Source: Antedon mediterranea
Taxonomy: Eukaryota > Animalia > Echinodermata
Direction: 5' to 3'
DNA length: 64,000 nt
NCBI RefSeq assembly: GCF_964355755.1
Contig: NC_092671.1
Coordinates: 13,082,001 to 13,146,000, forward strand
Below, piece by piece: positions 1 to 11,202 of this stretch. Every line of letters starts with the position of its first letter. The stretch's first letter is position 1. The notes beneath the pieces were generated by a model. The model searched no databases and had not been told where the DNA came from. It was given only the letters and a program-made list of their open reading frames with translations. The translations under genes and the position numbers were made by a program.

Positions 1-1214
1 TGTGCGTTAGTGAATACTCTTTAAAACATATAAAGATTGATTTGCAAGTCATAAACTATTCGAATGTCTCAAATATGTTATTGCGCAGGAAATGTTATGA
101 TAATATTATTTTTGCTAAAACAGGGATGTTAATGGAACTGTTGATGCATACATATATCCAAAGACATGTTACCTGTGACGAAAACAATAGTAGAATCTCT
201 GTAAGAAATGAATTAGCAGAAATTACCTACTTTAAATTAGCAGCTATGATCCAACATTTCTAATCTATCAATTTCTGGTTTTCCTGCTACGGCAATGTCG
301 ATAGCTATAGCATTATAGGCCTATTTTTTGTTGGAATTTGAATTGGAATTACACAATACATTTTCCGTGCAGTCTACTACTCATGGTTTATTGCATCACA
401 ATTGTTATCGCTTTTTATTCCTTGTTCTTTCTTGTAATGTACTTAACCTTTGTGTACGCTAAAGAAAGTTCATCTTTTGAGACTTCAAAACGCACGCTCT
501 AGGAGGGCATTCGCGCGCCAACTGACTTAATCCCTAGACCAGACATGCATTAAACATGAGATTGTGTTTTATTTATTTGTTATTTTTAATGATAACAGAG
601 TAACAATAATAATAACTATACTAATCTCAAATAATCCCTATACAATATTTATATAGTGAAAACTTAGTGTCAAGGTTAGGACAGACACCCTAGTTGACGT
701 CTAGAAATGTTCAAAGTCAACAGTAGTAGGTCTATTTGTACAATTAATTGATATGTTTCCATTAACACTATTATTCATGATTTCAAATACGATAGGCCCA
801 CAGCAAAGATGGATTCCCAAAACATGCATTAAACATGAGATTGTGTTTTATTTATTCATTTATTTATTATGTTTAATGATAACAGAACGTAACAATAATA
901 ATAATAATGAATATTTGAAAACATGTTAAATTGAAGTAAAACTTCCAAAACTGCTCGAATTTGTAAATTTAGTTTGATGTAAGAGTTTTCCATGTAATTT
1001 CACTCTTCCCTAGTTTTATCTCTTGGTTGCATTCAATTATTATTGGAAGTAGGCCTACAATATAGGCTATACTCGAAATGAACGATCAAGTGGAATGAAT
1101 TGAATTAGACCTAGTAAAAACCGCTAAATGACGACGTATTACGTTTGCATAACCCATGTGTGATTTATTGACATTTAGAACTTTGCTTTTCTCCTTTTAT
1201 TTCATCACAGAGGA

Positions 1215-2385
1215 TTTATATATAAATTTACGTAAGGGCAAAATTCGGTAAATCGCGTGTTACTTCTAGAATGTTTACTCGATGGTATATAAAGTTGGTT
1301 CGTACTTTCGGTATTGATTTTAACAACCTGATGTAACCCTGTTTACTAATTAAATTGAGTTAGATAATTAGTATACTGACAATTAAAAACGAATTTAGGT
1401 TCAATGATTTTCCCCAAATAGGATGTTTTCCGATAGTGGTATACACTGTCTATGGATGTCCATCTTGAAAAATACCCTCACACGATAATACGAGGATGCT
1501 TCGCATTTACCTATCTCCTTCTACGATGATTGTTTTTAGTAGCTGAAAACCGGTTTAACAGCTCGAGTACAGCATCAAAATGTTGAAAACAGGCCGATTT
1601 TCTTTAAAAAAAATACTATTTTTATATATTTAATATACGTTTATACAAATGTATTGATTTGCGATGAATAGAACATTTTAATCTCTCCCAGTATAATTAT
1701 TAACACAAGTAGGTAAATTTATTGACTATCATTAGATAATACGACATTGAATAGCAAATTTCTTACTGTGAATGTATGTACTGTTAGATATATACACATA
1801 TACAAATAAATGTATTACTGTGAGTGGGGGTACTGTTGGATTTATAAACACATAGCCTAATATACAAATAAACATTAAACTTCTCAACGTTTATATTAAT
1901 TACTAATTACAAAAAATATAAACGCCATTGTGGTGTGTATCGTTACATGTACTTTACTATTTCAATCGACTACAGTATGACAGTGACAGTTTTAACACAA
2001 AGTATTACATCGCAAATGCTCTATCCTACTGTATTAGTGGTATATTATTTATAGGCCTTTAAAACATGAAAAAATATGGATAAAGAATATATTTAAAAAT
2101 TATTCCTCTTTTTACCCATTCTCTTCCCCATCCCTCAACCCTACATACAAAACACAAATTGGGTTTGTTTAAATGAGTTCAACTCAAAAATTTGGACTCA
2201 TTTTGTGTGACAAGTTTCTCTTTCAGAAGTAATTCCCAGGGTGCTAATTTTAGTTGACTACATAAATCATTGAGTCTATTTATTCGTTTCTATAAACCAC
2301 AATGTATTATAATTCTGCAGTACGTATTTGAAATCGCCAGATTTGTTACGCTGAAATTATTGTGTATTCGAGAACCATCATCTAG
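1215..2385 (+). mobile_element. Non-autonomous Helitron, family A (degenerate 5' end, 3' hairpin deleted)
   Basis: Starts tttatatataaatttacgtaagggcaaaattcgg and aligns along its length with the copies at 42949, 44405 and 62410; ends ...gagaaccatcatCTAG|T with the terminal hairpin missing. Confidence 0.8.
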
Positions 2386-4520
2386 TATTAACAATAATCA
2401 AAAGCAAAAATAGTTTGTTTATAGTATCCAGGTAAAATGTGTACGAAAATAATATTTGATATTAGAATATTTCACTTAAATAACGTTTTAATTTTAAAAT
2501 CTTACCTTTAAAATGAATAGTTGGAGTAATCATGTTTTAGTTTGTTACTGAGTGCTTTAAGTTCATAATCCGTTTCGAGAGCAACCGAGCTGTGCCGCGT
2601 CAATGTGCATTACCGTGTTCACACGCAACATTTAGCCTAGGCCTACAATCCCACAATTGTTAGAAGGAAGTTGAAATACGCATGTGACGTGTTAGTGCCT
2701 TGAGGGAATAACAGACTCGGAATTCGGTCGAGTTTTATTCATCTAATACCTCGATCAATATGTTTTTTTTTCTCTTTCATCTAAACCTATCATTGTCTGC
2801 TGTTGGTTAACGGTTGATGTTGATTGTATCATTATAGGTCTATATGTTACTACCTTAGTAAATTGTGTGTATAAGCCAATTATAATTATATAAGAATGCT
2901 CAATTAGGTGCACACAAAAAGCATTAATTACCAAAACCTAGGTTTATTGATCGTTGATCTATTTAGCTATAAGCAGCTTAATTTGACTCGGCAAAATATT
3001 GAATACCAATTACACAATGAACATAAGGCTGCATAATAAAATCTATATATATCGAATAATGCCGAAAAAGACCGACAAGGTAGATCAATACGGATAAAAG
3101 AAAAAATAAAACGTTGACCATGAGTTAATTTTCAATACGATCGCTTACAATGGATGAAATTGTCTTAACAATAGTTCTCAATTACACATCACTGATGTGT
3201 CAATTTAAGTATAGTCTCTTTAAAAAGAGTACTCCTGATTAATCCAGCTCATTCTTCAGTTAGTTAATAGTATAGTGTATCGTCAGCACAATTTAGTTTA
3301 GCCCTGTATAGTACAGGATTTATTTTCCAAATTCCAATGCTTTTGTTTACTATGAGTCTGATGATAATTAAGTGATATTTTGCCATATATCACTGGGGAA
3401 ATAAATTCAAAAGATAACCATATATGGACTTTTAAAAATTAAATTATTATGTCACATGTCAACTAATTATTATAATCTTGGACTCATCGAAAAACAAAGA
3501 AGTCGAACTGTAGCCATTAAAAAAAATGCCCATTCCTGTACTATAGTACTGTAAGTATTTTCGAAAAATCGGCTCACGATCGGTATAGTGCCTCCGGGCA
3601 CAAACAAACAGGGTTCATCTTGTCTTATGTCCTTTTTTACCTCATTTGTGTTGGTCGGGCTTATGTGCGTCACTATTAAAGTAGAGAGGAACTTCCCCAT
3701 TTTCTCCACACAGCAGTGCTCCACCGGAGGTGCTGACCGGTCTTGGGCGACCCATGATGTTTTTTGGGGGGTTTTTTTGTACATAATTGTTGTTGTCTGG
3801 CATGTATTACCGTACATTTAAATGCATTTAAAAGGTTACCAAACTGACAAGCACTCGCTTCTTTTGGTATACTATAAATATTGTAGGCCTAAATGTAATT
3901 GTGAATTGTGAATAAATGTATTATAGTGTTGTGTAAAATGACAAAATAGGTAACATGCTCAGAACACATTATGTGATACTGCGCAAGGGTCGAAATTTGG
4001 CAAAAGTTTCGAAAATGTCCCTATTTTAAATGGCTGAATTTCGACCATTAAAAACACGTAGGCCCATTGAGGTAACATGCGCAGAACAATGCACTATGTG
4101 TTCTACGCACGGCAAATTTCAAAATATAAAAGGGTAATTTTACTGTACTATTAAAGTACAGGGATTTTTTTTAACAAATTGCCAAATATCGACCATTTAA
4201 CCACCATCGACTATATATATTATATTTATTATCTTATAGAGTCATAGTAACTAGATATGTCAAAAAATAAAAGGGTCGAAATTTGGTACTATAGTACAGG
4301 GATTTTTTTAAAAATGGCCAAAATATTGCCTTTGTCAAATTCAATTATTATGCAATAATATTGCCATATATACACATATATTGCGTTATCACCAAATTTC
4401 CCTGTACTATACTGCCCCGTTATGAAAGAACGACTCAACTGCATAAAGCAAAGTTTTGAGATAATCAACAAAACGTGTTCTTGTTTTAGCTCTTCACGTG
4501 TATAGATAATATTATTTTGA

Positions 4521-7235
4521 TTAGCATAATAAACATGCGCAGAGGCGACTGATGGGTTCTGCGCATGTCAATTGTGCTATAGTAACCAGTTTTATCGAAA
4601 AATAAAAAGGTCGAAAATTTGCCATTTTTTGAAAAATCCCTGTACTATATAGTACAGGGAAATTTTCGAAAAATGACCGATTCACGACCCTTTTATTTTT
4701 TGACATAAATGGTTACTATTGCATAATATACATGCGCAGAGACGAATAATGGGTTCTGCGCATGTCAATTGTGCTACAGTAACCAGTTTTGACATAAATG
4801 GTTACTATAGCATTATAAACATGCTCAGAGGCGACTAATGGGTTCTGCGCATGTTAACTGTGCTATAGTAACCAGTTTTATCAAAAAATTAAAAGGTCGA
4901 AAATTGGCCATTTTTAAAAAAAAATTCCTGTACTATAGTACAGGGAAATTTTCGAAAAATGGCCGATTTTCGACCCTTTTATTTTATGACGTAAATGGTT
5001 ACTATTGCATAATAAACATGCGCAGAGTCGAATAATAGGTTCTGCGCATGTCAATTGTGCTATCATAACCATATTTGACATAAATGGCCGATTTTCGACC
5101 CTTTTATATCATATAGCATAATTAAAAAAAAAAAAAGGTCGAAAATTTGCCATTTTTTGAAAATTTCCCTGTACTATAGTAAAGGAATTTTTTTTTTAAA
5201 ATGGCAAATTTTCGACCTCTTTATTTTTTCGATAAAACTGGTTACTATTGCATAATTAACATGCGCAGAACCCATTATTCGTCTCCTGCGCATGTTTATT
5301 ATGCAATAGTAACCATTTACGTTAAAATATAAAAGGGTCGAAAATCGGCCATTTTTCGAAAATTTCCCTGTACTATAGTACAGGAATTTTTTCAAAAAAA
5401 TGGCAAATTTTGGACCTTTTTTTTTTGGATAAAACTGGTTACTATAGCATAATTAACATGCGCAGAACCCATTAGTCGAGTCTGCGCATGTTTATTATGC
5501 TATAGTAACCATTTATGTCAAAACTGGTTACTGTAGCACAATTGACATGGGCAGAACCCATTATTCGACTCTGCGCATGGTTATTATGATACAGTAACCA
5601 TTTACGTTAAAATATAAAAGGGTCGAAAATCGGCCATTTTTCGATAGTACAGGAATTTTTTCCAAAAAATGGCAAATTTTCGACATTTTGTTTTTCCGAT
5701 AAAACTGGTTACTATAGCACAATTGACATGCGCAGAACCCATTTAACGACTCTGCGCATGTTTATTATGCTATAGTAACCATTTATGTCAAGAGTGGTTA
5801 CTATAGCACAATTGACATGCGTAGAACGCATTATTCGACTCTGCGCATGTTTATTATGCTATAGTAACCATTTATGTCAAAAGTGGTTACTATAGCACAA
5901 TTGACATGCGCAAAACGCATTATTCGACTCTGCGCATGTTTATTATGCTATAGTAACCATTTATGTCAAAAGTGGTTACTATAGCACAATTGACATGTGC
6001 AGAACCCATTATTCGACTCTGCGCATGTTTATTATGCTATAGTAACCATTTATGTAAAAAGTGGTTACTGTAGCACAATTGACATGTGCAGAACTCATTA
6101 TTCGACTCTGCGCATGTTTATTATGCAATAGTAACCATTTACGTTAAAAAATAAAAGTGTTGAAAATCGGCCATTTTTCGAAAATTTCCCTGTACTATAG
6201 TAAAGGAATTTTTTTTTTAAAATGGCAAATTTTCGACCTCTTTATTTTTTTGATAAAACTGGTTACTATTGCATAATTAACATGCGCAGAACCCATTAGT
6301 CGACTCTGCGCATGTTTATTATGCTATAGTAACCATTTATGTCAAAACTGGTTACTATAGCACAATTGACATGCGCAGAACCCATTGTTCGTCTCCTGCG
6401 CATGTTTATTATGCAATAGTAACCATTTACGTTAAAATATAAAAGGGTCGAAAATCGGCCATTTTTCGAAAATTTCCCTGTACTACAGTACAGGAATTTT
6501 TTCAAAAAAATGGCAAATTTTGGACCTTTTTTTTTTCGATAAAACTGGTTACTATAGCATAATTAACATGCGCAGAACCCATTAGTCGAGTCTGCGCATG
6601 TTTATTATGCTATAGTAACCATTTATGTCAAAACTGGTTACTGTAGCACAATTGACATGGGCAGAACCCATTATTCGACTCAGCGCATGTTCATTATGCA
6701 ACAGTAACCATTTACGTTAAAATATAAAAGGGTCGAAAATCGGCCATTTTTCGATAGTACAGGAATTTTTTCAAAAAAATGGAAAATTTTCGACCTTTTT
6801 TTTTTTCGATAAAACTGGTTACTATAGCACAATTGACATGCGCAGAACCCATTTAACGACTCTGCGCATGTTTATTATGCTATAGTAACCATTTATGTCA
6901 AGAGTGGTTACTATAGCACAATTGACATGCGTAGAACGCATTATTCGACTCTGCGCATGTTTATTATGCTATAGTAACCATTTATGTCAAAAGTGGTTAC
7001 TATAGCACAATTGACATGTGCAGAACCCATTATTCGACTCTGCGCATGTTTATTATGCTATAGTAACCATTTATGTCAAAAGTGGTTACTATAGCACAAT
7101 TGACATGCGTAGAACGCATTATTCGACTCTGCGCATGTTTATTATGCTATAGTAACCAGTTTTATCGAAAAATAAAAAGATCGAAAATTGGCCATTTTTT
7201 TAAACAAATTCCTGTACAGGGAAATTTTCGAAAAT
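4521..7235. repeat. Composite palindromic satellite / foldback array (89-bp unit plus a second ~90-bp unit, ~1.02-kb higher-order repeat)
   Basis: 89-bp period (atttatgtca at 5781, 5870, 5959); unit GGTTACTATAGCA..CATGCGCAGA..TCTGCGCATG..TGCTATAGTAACC; second unit centred on CTGTACTATAGTACAG; block at 5172 recurs at 6193; orientation flips near 5100-5175. Degenerate units extend over ~3950-4400 and ~7780-8150. Confidence 0.9.
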
Positions 7236-8581
7236 TGTTTTTCATGTTTCTTGTATTTTTACTTTAGTTTTAAGTATTAATTTAAGAGGGAGAATATTCA
7301 ATAATAATATCATTACGGTGTTCACATAGTCTCTCTCCGGGGTATTTAATTCTAAATATTCCAGAAATAAAATTAATACTCTAATAATAACTAAACAAGT
7401 GAGTGAGTAAGTGAGTATTGAATAAAATAATTATTGACAATTATTCGTAGGGCAGTACCAAATTATTTTATGTTTAAAACAACAACATTACACAGCTTGC
7501 TGTGCAATCAACACCATTGTTGTGCATTTGAATGGGTTTCCTATGATAATAGGTGTTAATATGTCATTTGAGTGAGTCTTTCATGGCATTTGTAGTTGAG
7601 TTAGTCTTTGGTGACAATAGTAACACACACTTGTAATTGAGTGGTATTTTGATTTTTTAATTTCATATTTCTAGTTAAAATTTTGAATATCTGAATATTC
7701 CCTAAATAGCCCAAAAAGCTAAAAAGGTGATTTTTGAAAAATGTGTCAGTTGAGTCGTTCTTTCATGACAGGGCAGTATAATAGTATAGGGATTTTTTTT
7801 TAAATGGCCAAAATATCGCCTTTTTAAAATTTGATTATTATGCAATAATATTGCCATATATTCACATATATTGCGTTATCACCATCTTATAGAGTCAGTA
7901 ACCAGTTATGTCAAAAAAATAAAGTGGTTGAAATTTGGTCATTTTTCGAAAATTTTCCTGTACTATAGAACAGTAATAAATAAATAATAAAATGATTGAA
8001 TACGCGAATATCAATTATGATATTGTAACCAGTTACTATAATATCAAAAATAGTTTGGCCATTTCTCGAATTATCAACTGTAAAATATGTTGTGGCAACA
8101 TTCGCAGAACACATGTCAATTATGATAAATTATAGTAACCATGTTATATCAACAATTTTTTGTTGTTGACAAAAAAATGTGGAAAATATCACCTTTTTAA
8201 AACAAATTTACAAAAAACTCTTTATTAAAACAAACTTATTAAATCCCACATTTCTATATTAGGACTAACTTAAATTTCATGAAATCAACAGATAAATTAA
8301 TAATTGTTGTTTATCAAAATATAAATAGCATTCCAATAGTAACTAAACCATTTACAATAATCACTTCTTTAGATACCCTTATACCAAAATAGGTATTCTA
8401 ATATTGAAAAGCATATATGACAAGCTCTGGATGGAGAATTTAGAATATTAACTTCATGATTTTAACCATTCAATAATTATTTGATTATTTTGTGGGTACA
8501 ACAAGTTTCCTTAACTAGAAACTGATTGGTGTTCGTTGCAAACAGCTGATAATACTTCAGTTGAGGTTTGCCAATTATTCT

Positions 8582-10509
8582 CTATTCTGGGCCTTCACTT
8601 CCAGGTACCAGCTAGATAAAACAAATACACAAAAAAACTACTAAATCTGTCATCACAAAATGCAAATGGATGTGATTGGGTATCACAATTAAATTGTTTT
8701 TTAACAAGTTGTAACATGCATTGATCTCCTGATTTATTATCTGTTTTCACACACACATATTCGAGAACATTTTAAAATTTCGGGAGAAATAATATAGTTG
8801 GAGACACTAAAAAATACAAACAGGGGACATCTTCGTAACAAAGAACAGGACTTTTTCTGGTGTGTTTTTCTTCCAAGATTTCACAGTGCTCACAGGGGAA
8901 TTTTCACACTACGCGAACCTGGTTACAACTTGTTTTTAAGATGTTACTTTTTGCAGATGTATAAAAGGGTACAAAACAAAAATGTATTATGGTTTTTCTT
9001 GAAAGACAATACTGTAATACAGACAATAACTTACCATTGTAATGTTGTTGCCGTTTAACAGAATCTGATCTAACTTTGTTTCACGTCTACCTTCTGCAGT
9101 ATTCTCACTAGAAAAATTGGAAAATCAGTTTAATGCATATGAAAATATAAAAGAAGTTTTAATCAGTTTTAACAATTTAAATATCACTTAAACTTACAAT
9201 TCTACAACATCTTCAAGTACCATATCTGAGATAAAATTGATGAGGAAAATTCAACATAATATTTTAAAATGCACTTTATATTTGAATACTCATGTACTGA
9301 AAATGAATGCCAAGTAATACTTGTTATGTTCCTCTCTATTTTCATGGAAAATTAAACTTAAGCATGAATCATTATACATCCAAGCATCTTGCCAACTAAT
9401 CATCACTATACTTGCCTAAAGGAATCAGTGCAGTGTCGGCGGTGGAATATGAATTTACTAAAAAAACATCAAATTCTTAGATGTAAAATGTCACTTTTAT
9501 ATCTATGTATTATAAGGATACTGACAAAGTCATCAAAGCCAAGCAGTGTTCCAACAATCTCTTTATCACTTTTCATAATAATATGAATTCTTGAACCTAT
9601 GCATTTGTCTACAAGCTCTGTGTGAGAAATGGCAAAAAAAGGGTAAATTATTACTAATTTATATACAAATACTACAGTAGGCCTAGGTATAGTTTTTGAA
9701 TGAATACAGAACTGTAAAGAGAAAGGCAATATACCGAATAAATTAAATAACCAGCTTCAAGTCAACTATTATAAAAGTAAATTGATTTTTATTCGCTACA
9801 AGGAAAAAACGATAGACTTGTGTCATATTAATCAATGCCCAGTGGGGGCAGGTAGGATTTCATGATATAAAATGATCAGGCTTGATTGTGATATTTAATT
9901 TGGACAAGTTTGATACATTTTTAATGTTCAACACGTTGTGGTTGCGTTGAACGCGTTGTGGTTGCGTTGAACGCGTTGTGGTTGCGTTGAACGCGTTGTG
10001 GTTGCGTTGAACGCGTTGTGGTGGCGTTGAACGCGTTGTGGTGGCGTTGAACGCGTTATGACAAAATGAAAAGTTTGACATTAACAATATCAATATTTTA
10101 ATTGATTTTAAACTTGTTTCTGAAAAGAAAAATATATATTATTAGGCTTAAGTTAAATATACCACTAGGCCTACATCATGTTAATAACATGTACTTGATA
10201 TCATTTTATATTATATAAGCCTACCGGGCGTATGACAGCTAGGCCCAGTCACTGTATAGATTATGGAAGGTCGTACACGGCCAGAAGTGAGAAATGACCG
10301 TATAGTGACATGCTGTTTGTGATACGAGTAGTAGCCTAGCACCGTCCTTGTTTCTAATAAAAAATACACGTTGCTTACTTACATTTTAGCCATTGGAATG
10401 GTCATATATTGTGGAAGGATACATTACATATTACATTTTATTTGTTATACATACCCAAAGGGAGCAAATGTGATGGATTTGTTTGCTGTTGTTGTAGAGT
10501 GGTAGCCAT
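8582..10509 (-). CDS. LSM5: U6 snRNA-associated Sm-like protein LSm5 (5 exons)
   Basis: Exons 10509-10455, 9617-9522, 9225-9198, 9107-9035, 8611-8582 with GT-AG ends translate to [93 protein letters not shown], near-identical to LSm5. Confidence 0.97.
9226..9521 (-). other. U12-type (minor spliceosome) GT-AG intron, LSM5 intron 2
   Basis: Donor GTATCCTTAT (9521-9512); 3' end TTTTCCTCATCAATTTTATCTCAG with a branch-point-like TTCCTCAT close to the AG. Confidence 0.8.
9929..10057. repeat. 20-bp minisatellite (AACGCGTTGTGGTTGCGTTG)n, ~6 copies, in LSM5 intron 1
   Basis: Direct tandem copies visible in the sequence. Confidence 0.95.
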
Positions 10510-11202
10510 TTTGTAGTAGCCCTCTATAGTTTGTTACAGCTGCTCTTCCAATTACCCACCTCCCTCCCACCAAATGCGGGTATTTTTTTTCTTATTTTTT
10601 TAAATTTCACTTTTCCTTGGTAATACTGTCCTGGCATATACCATTAAATAACTTATCAAAAGATAAATCACTCTCAAAACAACCTATATAATCTAATCAT
10701 GTATATCACAAATGCACTAGAAATATCTGTACACAGAGTAGTAGGCAATTACACAGATTCTATCAATATGGTTTTATACTGTATTTATTATTTTCTGCAT
10801 GCTCCATTTACAAAAGGGTAATTGTGTTTACAAAAAAAAAATTTAACAAAAATATAGGATAGGTGTGCTCCTTGTTTGATCACTTAAATTATCAATATTT
10901 TGTGTCAAAAAATAAATTCATAACATCCATAAATATTGAAGAAATTGTTATTAATAGTAACAGACACAAGCTCGAGTCAGATATTCAAAAGTTATATCTT
11001 GGTTTTGCTATGATAGACTAACTGTAACAATAAACAAAGAAATGGGCCAATAATCTACAGAGCATCATTTGAAATACCTTTTGCTTTAACGTTACAATTA
11101 AAGTGATGCTAAGATATTGCAACATAACTTGCTTTCAATATTGTCTGTTTTTATGACAAATATTTACTTATACAGATTTAAAAGCGAGAATTTATAAACA
11201 TA

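Noticed and set aside
42-263. 73-aa ORF at window start
   Set aside because: Non-ATG start, no recognisable motif or splice support.
543-905. ~75-bp direct repeat (543-615, 822-905)
   Set aside because: Short AT-rich local duplication without element hallmarks.
3470-3821. Overlapping short ORFs in a slightly GC-richer patch
   Set aside because: No recognisable domain; probably decayed repeat.
4521-7235. Palindromic repeat array as a CRISPR array
   Set aside because: No unique spacers, no cas genes, eukaryotic context; intervening sequence is itself repeated.
4289-8114. Short ORFs in the satellite region
   Set aside because: They are translations of the repeat units and recur with the repeat.
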